From positions 62,001 to 84,103 of the forward strand of contig MU271356.1 of assembly GCA_021432655.1 (NCBI GenBank): a stretch of DNA of 22,103 nt, in the 5' to 3' direction. Below, one piece after another: positions 10,224 through 20,817 of this stretch (position 1 is the stretch's first letter; each line of letters begins with the position of its first letter). Origin of the DNA: Atractiella rhizophila. Lineage: Eukaryota. Below the pieces are notes generated by a model. That model made no database searches, had not been told where the DNA came from, and saw only the letters and a list, made by a program, of their open reading frames with translations. A program made the translations under genes and the position numbers.

Positions 10224-11661
10224 ATGGAAAAGACTGCGGTAAAAAATGTATGGCTTGATTGTGACCCTGGTCACGGTGAGAGATGCCTGAGCCCAAGTGT
10301 ACTTGCCCTGACATGTTTTGCAGACGATGCTCTTGCTATTTTAATGGCTCTTCATTCACCTAACATCAACCTTCTCGCGATCTCAACAGTCCGCTGTTTC
10401 CAATCGATGCACAAGGACACTCATCAATACCAGTAGACAGACACACGGCAACGCTTTCCCCAAACACACCTACTCCAATGCCCTGCGGTTGATGCACGCT
10501 TTTGCGTCTGAACGATCAGAGAGAACGGGACGACGAATATTGTGTTACGCTGGAGCTAGTCGTCCTCTGCTACCCACGAGACCTCTTAGGAGCGATCCGG
10601 AGATTCATGGAGCTGATGGACTAGGAGGAGTCGTTGGTCTGCCCTCTGCTGATGCTCAGATGGAAGCACGTTATGGAGGTGGGGAAAGTGCCTTGAAGGG
10701 GGTGGAGAAGGTCATCGCGTTCGTCCTCTTTCACTCCCGGTCTTACTGCAGTTTGCTCACCTCGCCTGGTACGAGTCTAGATACCTAAAGTTAGAGAAAC
10801 CTGGGGAGAAGATCACTTTTGTTTGCACGGGACCACTCACAAATATGGCCATATTCCTGACCGTTCATCCGGAGCTCATAGAGCTAATCGATCAGATTGT
10901 TTTTATGGGAGGAGGTGTAGGTGTAGGAAATCGTAGTCCCGTCGCTGGTACGAATTCTTCCACCCATCTTAGAAAATCCTGTTGAAATGCAACTTATCCA
11001 GAGTACAACATATTGTGCGATCGTGCGTCTAGCCTCCGTTTCAAGCTCTCCATTCTACGTTTAATGGTTCCCATCGGGTACCACAGCCGAAGCAGCCCAA
11101 ATTGTTCTCGACACGCCAGTGCGAACAGTCATGATCCCTCTCAACGTGACACACAAATGCATATTCCACTCTGCCCACCTCTCCACGCTCTCACCTACCG
11201 CGCCTTCACCTTCCGGCACTCATACATCTCCATTGCGACAGATGCTCTCGACCCTCGTCCAATTTTTCGCCGCCACCTACAAATCCACATTCGGCTTTGA
11301 ACACGGTCCACCTGTCCACGATGCAGTTGCCTTAGCATATGTTGTTGCACCTCAGATATTCCAAACGAAGAGGTATAGGGTTGATGTGGAACTTGAGGGC
11401 AAGTGGACGGCGGGTGAGACGGTAGTCGATCTGTGGGATTATAGGCGATGTTCCGAGGAGGATTGGGGGAGTGGGAAGAACTGTTTGGTAGCTGAAGACA
11501 TCCCTCAGGTACGCTTTTCATCTCGAGCTCTTCCCCAATATAAGAAGCATGTCTGTCGGTGATCCTGACTCCTAACGGCTTAGGTGGACCTGTTTTTCGA
11601 ACTTCTGCTAGCATGCGTTGAACGAGCAGACACTGTGTCACCCTTGAATGTAAAAGTATGA
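10224..11661 (+). CDS. Inosine/uridine-preferring nucleoside hydrolase (URH1-like)
   Basis: Spliced WLDCDPGH|DDA (DxDxxxDD), THGN, IHGADGLGG, TGPLTN, FMGGG, AEYNILCDPEAA, PPVHDA. Six GT-AG introns, including 10276-10323, 10389-10440 and 11023-11086. Stop TGA at 11659-11661. Confidence 0.93.
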
Positions 11662-12143
11662 GCTTGAGCTGCTGAGAACAAAACAGAGGTTGTACAACTA
11701 CGCAGATATCGAGCAAGGATGAGATGATGGAACATATTCACATTTCACCTCGCTCACATCAACCTAGGTACAGCGTTCCAAGGCATCCCAAAAGAAAAAG
11801 CTGCAACTCGATTCAACTTATCTACTATTTAAGAAGAAGCTAAACCAAATCGAAGCGAGCAGTCAAATCTATATATTGAAAGAAGGTGAGAAACTGGTAA
11901 GAAAGAGAATGGATGATGCAACAACTGTGTTGAACTAGAGGATTACAACCTTTTCCAGCTGAAAGGATCTCGGAAAGAATCGTAGTATTCTAAGCTGTAT
12001 GCAAGGGGCCGAAACGATGTAAGAGAGTGGACGGGTTCTTCAAGTTCCCTTCGTCTACGAATGTGTTTGGTTTGGACAAAGTCGAAATAATGATCAAACG
12101 ATCCGCGAAATCGAATAGATATGCTAGATATGAGGTAAGATTA

Positions 12144-13522
12144 TTATACGTTCGACTGTTGCTGTTGCTTCATCCTTTGTTCGCGGTCCTTATACCAAGT
12201 CTAGGTACGAAAGAAATCAGCACCTCAATTCTCTGCCAACCAGGGAGATAGACGTACATAAAGAGCGCTCCCTCCAACGATAACAGCAATTCCTCCTGCT
12301 CTTCCACTTGTGATGATCTCTCCAAAGAACCAGTTGCCCAGCCAAGTTTGCAAAACTCCGCGAACGGCAGAGGAGATCATATGGGTTGTTGGGGAAGTTA
12401 CTTTGATGGAGAGAAAGCCGGCGATTGAGATGAGGAAGCCGAAAACACCCTGTTACACACAGTAACGTCATAAGTTTACGATTTGAAAGAGGGTATAAAT
12501 GAAAACAGGGAAGAGATTATGACGAACAGTGACGAGTGCACCGGTCCAGAAAGTCTTGAAAGCCTCTCCAGACAATGCAACGACAATCGGGAGTTCTCCG
12601 CTCAACAAAACACAGGGAAGCATGACAGCCGCACTCCAGAGGTTGACATAGTAGACGAGCTCAGTCGTCGTTCCCGGAGCGCTCTTAATGACGATGGCGT
12701 GGAGGGAGGTGGTGAGGGAGGATACGAGACCTAGGATAACACCTAAGGCGGAGGCGTTGATGTTGGTGCTTGATATCCCAAGGAGGAAGCCAAAGCAAAC
12801 GATGACGACGCCGGCAAGAGGTCCAGCGCTGATCTTCGTTCCTAGTACAACGCGGGAGAGGAGGACGGTGAAGGGAAGGACGAGGCCACGGGCGATGGGA
12901 TAGAAAGAGGCATCCACGTATTCTGTCCATTCCATTCACATGTCAGACGAAGTTAATAGGGGAGGGAAGAATATAGGAACACAAACGCAGGCAGTAGGTG
13001 TTGAAAATCAATCCAAGTGAATTGATAGAAATGAGGGGAGCCAGGGAGCGGGACATTTGCATGTTGAACCGTGGCATTTGGAGGTAACCTTCGCGTGGGT
13101 CAGTCACAATTCTAATAGTGAAAATACGGGATAAAAAATGACGCACCAAAGAAGGAAGATACGTGCAAAAGAAGCACAGCAATCACAAGCTGAACAAAAA
13201 GGATGGAAAGCGGCAGAGACATGGAGTTTAGAACCCATTTGTTGGCGAAGACCATCTACCACCGCACCAACACCAATATCAAGATATATTCCCGCTTGTT
13301 CCCATAGAGGGTAAGGAAAATACGCACCACCAATGCAGCAACGAGGTAAAAGGACACTGAAAAAGCGACCATAAGTCTGCTGGAAGTCTCTTCCTCCTTC
13401 TTCTTATTAGGAGGAGAATTGGGAGGATGTTTCTCCCTCTCCTCCGAGCTGAGCATGGCCTCTTTCTCCTCCATCCTATCGCCCTGCCTCATCTCTATGA
13501 CAATATCCCTGGAATTCGACAT
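12144..13522 (-). CDS. Nucleotide-sugar transporter, GDP-fucose transporter (SLC35C1)-like, TPT/DMT superfamily
   Basis: Multi-TM spliced protein: MVFANKWVLN, FNTYCLQYVDASFYPIARGLVLPFTV, SIKVTSPTTHMISSAVRGVLQT, LYTWYKD. Five GT-AG introns. Stop TAA at 12146-12144. Confidence 0.85.
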
Positions 13523-13803
13523 TTGCTCAAATTTATTTTGGAACTTGGGGCTGGTTCTTGCAGGTTCTTGCGTTCTTGGTTGTTGAAATTTCGTTCGTCA
13601 GCTGGAGGCTGCCTTGATACGTAGAAGAATGAAAAGAGTGTGGCTGGTAGGAAAGGCAGGGAACCGCGAAGAATATTCAAGGGAAAGGTCGGTCAGAAAT
13701 GAACTCGAGGAGATCGTCGTTTTGGCTTTGGTCCAAGGTGTATATTCGCCCTGTGTTCGTTCTGTCTACAAGCCAGTACAGGTCTGTGCACGTGATTTCG
13801 AAA

Positions 13804-13816
13804 ACGCGAAACGCGA
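13804..13816. promoter_or_regulatory. Tandem ACGCGA (MCB/SCB-like) motifs upstream of MSH5
   Basis: ACGCGAAACGCGA lies 48-60 bp before the MSH5 ATG, in the 341-bp divergent intergenic region. Confidence 0.35.
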
Positions 13817-13863
13817 TCACTTCCAAACCACCACACGTCTTTTCTCTACAGATTATCTAAAAT

Positions 13864-16800
13864 ATGCCACGGCGAAAGAGGGACCTTTCTTATTTGGAAG
13901 AGAGCGCGTCAGTGACTTCGCGGAAGAAAAGTAAGACCAAGAAGCAGGTGGAATGGGGAGGGGAGATCTGTAGCACTGCAAACGAAGATGAGAGCGTGGA
14001 GGACACCGAAGAGGAACTAAAGGGTGTACGTCTGATCCTTATCTTTTGCGTATGAGGCTAAAGACAATTGTTACATTTACGCGTCACGTTACGATGACAG
14101 CCCATTCTATCACTTGTCTTTCAGCGATTTTACCTGGGAATCGCGTACTACGACCCTTCCTCGCTCATACTCAGCATTGCAGAAGATGTCCCTTGTCCAA
14201 CGCCGCAAGTTTGTATCGACGTGGTGGACTCAAGTTCGTCCATATTCATATCCTTGTCTGGGACTACTGACTCGATTCCGATATTGGTAGTATTAACAAG
14301 TGCCAATCCCTCTTTAGTCTATACTTCGTTCAGGACGGATGTTGCGCTTCTCACTCATCTACAAGAAGGTGCGATTCCAAGCAGTATGGAACTAACGGTG
14401 CACATCAAGAGCGCAAAAGAGTTCTCTTTCTTCCGGTCAGTTCTTTCCATCACTGCACATATCCCTTCCGCAGTGCTGTTTAATCTAAACCTCAGGGGAA
14501 AGCAACTCCTCTCCCTCGTCACGGATGAGTCAACCATCGACCCCACACGCCATAAGATAGGCTGTTCTGTCCTTCCACCCATCTTCTCCCACTTGCAGAA
14601 GCTGCATGCACCTGACTTAGACATTGAGGTATTAAGTGATGATGGTAGGATGAGTGACGAGGAGTCGGCGTATCGTGCAGCCATGAGAAGGGTGGAGGTG
14701 ATGGGATGGGATGAATGGATGTGGATTGGGGGAGATGGAGCTGAGTAAGTTGTTGCCTTCGCTTAGCCTTGAATGAGGATGTGACTAATGTTGCTCTTTT
14801 GATGTTTGTTCGCATCGTATAGAAGTCTCCAGATCTTCCAGCATGCCAAACACGCCAACTCTTTTGAAAAAAAGACTCTGGAAGGCTTGTCCCTCTTCGG
14901 TCTGGCTCCAATTTTCTCTCCAGACTTGCCATCGCTAATGCAAATCTGTAGGCATTCTCAACCAAACCAGCACCCGAATGGGCTCCCTCCTCCTTCGTAC
15001 ATGGCTACATCGTCCCTCCCGCTCTCTTTCCGTTATAAATTCGCGATTGGATGCTGTTTCCTTCTTCCTCGCTGCTCCAGGTAACTTCTCCATCTTTTGC
15101 TCCTCCTGGCGTGGCATTCATGATGCTTTGGCTGCAGAGAGCGCGACCAACGAGATGCGGAGACAATTGAAAGGTGCGAAGAATGCAAGAAAAGCCTTGG
15201 GGAAGGTGATGGATGGGAAGGGGACATGGAACGACTGGAGAGGAGTTTGGACGGTTCGTCACATAGCTTCCATCCTTCTCCATCTCGCGTTCTCTCATCA
15301 CCGGTGAATGGAACGGTGGATAGTTCTTCTACGCTGCAGTGATGGTCAGAGATGTGATGCATTCCTGCGTCGAGGAGCAGAAGACGGGAAGAGCCGTTAG
15401 GATCGTGAAAGAGGTGTTAGGGAAGGTGGACGCCAAGTTACTCAAGGAACTTGGAGGATTTATCAACGATATTGGATGTCTCCATCCCTTTTCGAGTTTC
15501 CATAACCGCGCGGGGGGAACTGATTTTGATTGGATTGATTCGAACAGATTGACTGGGATGAGTCCAGCGAACAACGACCTCGAATCTGCGTGAAGAGCGA
15601 CGTAGATGAAATATTAGATGAAAAGAGGAGGATTTATGCCGGAATGGACAGCATGCTTGTAAGTTCCTCGCCCCTTCACCCTTTTAGGATGTCACGCAGC
15701 AAATAGGGGAAAATTGCGAATGAGCTGGCGAAAGATCTGCCTGTGGAAGAGTTCAACTGTGTTTACTTTCCCCGTGAGTCTTCGATTCTATGAAAAATAC
15801 TACTGAGAAGGGAGTGATAGAACTTGGGTTTCTTTGTGCTCTGCCGATTGACAGAGGATGGACGGAACGGGAATTACGAGATCCAGTCCCTGGGAAAGGT
15901 TGGGACTTTCAGGTGTGTCATGTTGCCATTCGAACCTTCGAGTAAGGCTGAAAGGGAGGTATAACATAGTTCAGCACAGAAGAGTCGGCTTACTACAAGA
16001 GTTCCGAGATGAAAGATCTGGATGCTCACATTGGGGATATTTATACTCAGATCGCTGGTACGCTTCACACTCTCTCCTCTTGCAAATGCTGTGTTGACGA
16101 CTCAAAAGGGAGAGAAATCGAGATTGTCCAGTCCCTCCAACAAAAGATCGCCGAGCACTCGACCGCCCTATACGACATCTGCTCTGCTTTTGCTGAGCTG
16201 GACGTGTATGTTGCTTCTTTGGTCCGGTTATGTCTAAACTCACTGAACTCGAGGACAGTCTCCTATGTTTTGCTCATGTTTCCAAGCAATATAACTATAA
16301 CCGACCAACAATGACAGAAGAGAACGTGTGCAGGTTGAAGCAAGCAAGGTTCGTCTCTCTTCCGGGCTCTGTTGGGATATCCATGTTGAAAATGATAGTA
16401 GACACCCCCTCGTAGAGCTGACCGTTGATCACTACATTCCGAACGATGTGTCTCTCGAAGGAGGGAAGGGAATTCTTCCGGGAGAAGCCCAAGAAATGGT
16501 GCACGACGAAAGGATGAAAGTGGACGCTCTTGACCCAAATCATTCCATGCTCATTTTGACGGTCAGCGCTGCTTTTCTCGGGGAATGGAATGCACAGATG
16601 TTAAAGACAGGATAGGGTGCCAACTTTTCCGGGAAGTCCGTGTTCCTGAAACAGGTCGCTCTGATAGTTGTGATGGCCCACATTGGATGGTATGCACACT
16701 CCTTCGGTGACAAAGAGGGACCTCTCACGTTCGAGTAGCTTTGTTCCGGCCCAGACCGCTCTCATTAGTTTGACAGATAGGATCATCACTCGCGTACAAA

Positions 16801-17690
16801 CGAAAGAGAGCATAACTAAGGCACGTCGTTTTCTCGTATCTCAAATCTGCTTAACTGCGAGATGCTCAGGCTGCATCAGCTTTCATGATCGACCTTCAAC
16901 AAGTGTGCTTTATGTCAGTCCTCTACTGGCATCCCTTCACCTTGCTTGAAGATTATCAGGCTGAGGAACGCTACTGCTCGATCGTTGTTGATTATCGACG
17001 AGTTTGGCAAAGGAACAGACGCTGCAGGTGCTCCTCTCAGCCCTTCACATGACCTTCTACTTCCATGTTTTCTTTTCTTTACCTTCTGCAGATGGAGCTG
17101 CTCTTTTCGCCGCTGTTGTTGAGCACCTCTTGGAGAAAGGACCAGACTCACCAAAGAGTCTGGTGGCTACGCATCACCATAGCAAGTCATTTCACTGAGA
17201 CATTGTGGGAAAGCCGCTGAAAAGAAAGCAGACATCTTCGCGAATAAGATCTTAAACCTCAACATGCCTGTCGGATTAGCTCATATGGAAATCCTGCTTC
17301 CGCCGCAACAATTCAAGCAGCATTTTGAGGCACAGATCACGTATTTGTACAGGTCATGTTGTGTCCATTACCTTTTCGCTCTCCGACTGATCCTCATACA
17401 GGCTACGTCCAGGCCTAGCCCTTACTTCGCACGCCGCTCTCTGCGCGTCCCTTTTTGGCATTTCCCAAGCCGTCCTTGACCGCGCCGCCAAAGTAACTGA
17501 TTGCATCAATCGGTTCGCTTTAGTCGAAATCCTTGACGATACGATGACGGAGAAAGAGAGGGACGAACTGATTGAGGGAGAGGAGATGATTCGGAGGCTT
17601 TTGGAGTGGGACCTGGATGAGTGGGAAGAGGAGACAAATGGTCTACTCAAAGGTCTACAACATGTTATACGTCCCGAAAAGGCAGCATGA
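13864..17690 (+). CDS. MSH5: MutS homolog 5, meiotic crossover factor (MutSgamma subunit)
   Basis: At least 19 introns. Spliced motifs: EGLSLFGILN, LRTWLHRP, IDWDES, VYFPQLGFL, LDAHIGDI, RHPLVE, P-loop TGANFSGKSVFLKQVAL, SAFMIDLQQV, LIIDEFGKGT (MSH5-type), ATH, YLYRL. Stop TGA at 17688-17690. Confidence 0.95.
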
Positions 17691-18228
17691 ACAGTCAGAT
17701 CTGTTATGCTCTCCTTTATTCGAGCCAAACTTTGAACTTTGAAGGCGCAAAAGGTTGGAAAAGTCACCACTCAAGTCACTTGGATGAAATTCGAGTTCCG
17801 ATGACTTGTGCGCGAGAGTGCTGGAACAGCTCAGTTAGAATTACTTGGAGGGACGAGGTATGGGCAACGTGCATGGACAATGTGGATGATTGAATAGCAC
17901 CTCGTATCTCCCAGTAATTTATGAGTTTGCCTGATGTTGACGTTTCTTTGGGCAACCGATTAATGAGGTTGAAACAAAGTTGAAAGATGGTGTCGTACTG
18001 CCTACTCATGGACTTTCGCTCGCAAGCGTCAAGCCGTAACCGCGATGAGAAGAATCCCAACTCAAGTTCTGACTTGATTCATTCCTCACAATCTGCAGAG
18101 AAGAGAAAGGATTCAATTTCGATGCTCCAGCTATTCGCAAATAAGCATAAGTTAGAATGCAGAAAGGAGAGTCAAGGAGATCGAAGCTGAATTGACAATG
18201 AACACATCATATCAACTTAATAAAGTGT

Positions 18229-20470
18229 TCAGTCGGTTCTTGACACTGAAGGCTGCAACTTCATGTTAACATCGATCCAGTCTGACAAATCAGAGGAAAT
18301 GAAACGTACTGTAATGTGTATTTCGTTCCACCTCACCTTCCTCGTCTTCCACCACCACTCCGCATACAGCCCTGGCCAAGCGGTCGTAATCTTGCCATTG
18401 GTCCTACATCCAGCACATCAACACAGCTGAGATAGAACAGTTGAAGAAAACCATACTTGTACCAACTGGCACAGCTTCCGTTCAACGCGCTGAGGCTCAG
18501 CCTTGCCTGAATATCCTTGTTGAACGCATCGCTAATCTCCTCCTTCACCTCAAAGGAGCCAATGTTCTTTCTGGGGTTTACCATCGTTTTGAGGATGTCC
18601 ATAACGTAGGAGAGCTGGGCTTCCATGAAGGCAATGATGGATATGTTCCTACACAAACCCACCGTTTCGTTAGTGCAATTTTTCATTAGGAGGAGAGGAG
18701 GTAAGGTACCCTGAAATGACGTTTGGTCCCACCAGGGTGAGGAAGTTAGGAAATCCAGGGACTAGAATACCGACATAGGCTTCTGGGCCACCCTAGTTCG
18801 AAGGAAGAGAAAAGGATGAGTGATACGCCTTCTGAGAGAAGCAGGACCAACTTTCGATTTCCAGTACGCTGGGAGATCACGGTCTCGCCCACCGATAGGA
18901 AGGGTGAGACCATCATCGGCGACTGAGAAACCTGTAGCATAAACGAGCACATCGAGCTTGATTGTCTCTCCTATCAAAAATCAAATCAATACCCTACCTC
19001 GCCTTAGTCAAAAGTTAGACTGACCATCGGGACCCACAATGCCATCCTCCACCACTTGCACCTTTTCCATCTTATGCACGTGTAAGTTCTCCTTCCATAG
19101 AGCGGCGAGGTATCCTGTTCCAGGAGGATCGGACACGGTGCGCTTGCAGCCCACTTCGTAAGTAGGAAGAAGGACGTCATGGTATTTTTTCGGCATAGAT
19201 GCAGCCATGTACTTCTTCAACAGCTGCACAGCGGGCGACATCAGCACTTGAGGGATGGATAACATAGGCGAAAGCAGGGGATAGACAAAACTTTTCCAGT
19301 TGCCACGTTTCGTGCATTCCCTTTGCGGCGGAAAGAGAACCAGGAGATTTGCTGTGTCAAGTAAAGTAGGCATCAGGAGAGGCGGAGAGCAGTAGACAGG
19401 GATTGAACTCACCATAGAGAAGAAAATAAAAGCTCGGTAAAGGCTCATCACTCCTGGTACCCATCGGAAGAGGAACCTTGCGAAGGGAGAATAATCTGGA
19501 TTCGTCTACGACCATCCATGCGTCCTTTCAGCAAAGCTCGAGACCTATGTCAGGAAGAATACAAACCGGAAAGCCCAAGCCCATCAACCAGAACGGCATC
19601 CGAAATGGGAGTCCCACCACTCGCGGCGCGATATAATTCGGCGTCCTAACCTACAAATCCCAACCAGACTCCTCAGCTCCAATTCGCGCTGCCTTTATTT
19701 GTAAGCAAGGGAAAAACATACGAACTGGTGCAATTCGATGCCATCCACTCCTACGAGAGCAGGCACGATCTGCGTCGCCGTTGAACCGGATCCAATCACT
19801 CCTACCCGCTTCCCTTTGAGCCACGACACCTTGTCCGTTCCTTGCTCTGGATAATCGGTGGGGAATGGAGGTTCCTTCGGCCACTGGGTCGAATGGAACT
19901 TTACCCCTTTAAAGTCGCCCAGTTTTGGTTCAACAGGTGTAGAGAAGCCGCCGATCGCTGACACCAATACATCCGTCTCTTCCTCCCACTTCTTTTCGGA
20001 GGTGGAAAGGGTGATGGTGTGGGTTTGAGTCTTGTCGGAATAGGAGGAGGCGAGGAAAGTGGTGTGGAAGCTGGTATACTGTGATAGCGAGTATCGAGTA
20101 TACAGGTCCTCCCAGTAACGGAGAATGTCCGTTTGGGATGCGAAGGCGGACGGCCAAGAAGGAGAGGGATGGGACGAGAGAGAGTAGAGATGGACCGGGA
20201 CATCGCAAGCGCATAAGGGATACGTGTTGTACCTGCACACGATTCAGCGGTCAATGTTCAGTCTTGACGAAAACTATAGAGAGAGGACACACACCTCCAG
20301 GTGCCTCCTGGGCCGTCGCCGCGCTCATAGATCTTCAGCGTCCAATCTCGTCCGTAAACGTAGCCGTCACGAGAGAACTGGTCGAAGAGTTTGATGGAGA
20401 GTGAGATACCGGAGACTCCACACCCAATGATTGTGATTTTGAGCGGTTTTGTCCTCGGTGAGGGTGTCAT
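18229..20470 (-). CDS. FAD/NADPH-dependent monooxygenase, Baeyer-Villiger (type I)/FMO-like
   Basis: Rossmann motifs IIGCGVSG and VIGSGSTATQ, GGTWRYNTYP..ACDVP.HLYS, BVMO fingerprint FKGVKFHSTQWP, GCKR, YATGF, PGFPNF..GPN, CASWYK, WPG. All traced introns are GT-AG and the frame is intact. Confidence 0.92.
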
Positions 20471-20809
20471 GGTGGTCTAACCTGAAAGACGGTGGGACAG
20501 TGAAAGAGTGTTGTGGTGTCACCTCGTCTAAGCGACGAATTGTAGCAGAAATCTTTCTCAGAAGCAGAAAACCTGAGTCAAGCCGAGCTCCTTTTATGGT
20601 ATGGTGGAGATGAAATGAAAGGATAGAACTACGCTCACTCCAGAACAGAGAAGGAGCAGAACAGGACTCGCATGGTCCATCCTCTTACATCGCGACACAA
20701 GGGGAACAGACACGCGTAAACCGCGGTCCGGCGGCAACGCGGATGACGACACTACGTGGCTACCCGTAATCTGTAATCTGTAGTGTTTCCCGTCGCCTCT
20801 CGAACAGCA

Positions 20810-20817
20810 AGTTCGGG
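20810..20817 (+). repeat. Left target-site duplication AGTTCGGG
   Basis: Identical to 22010-22017. Both copies abut the TIRs. Confidence 0.95.

Noticed and set aside
17691..18228. Short ORFs between the convergent MSH5 and monooxygenase 3' ends
   Set aside because: No motifs or coherent splice model; consistent with UTR/terminator sequence.
7310..20470. Biosynthetic gene cluster (aminotransferase, hydrolase, transporter, monooxygenase)
   Set aside because: No backbone enzyme or pathway regulator, and the set is interrupted by MSH5. It looks like an ordinary gene neighbourhood.
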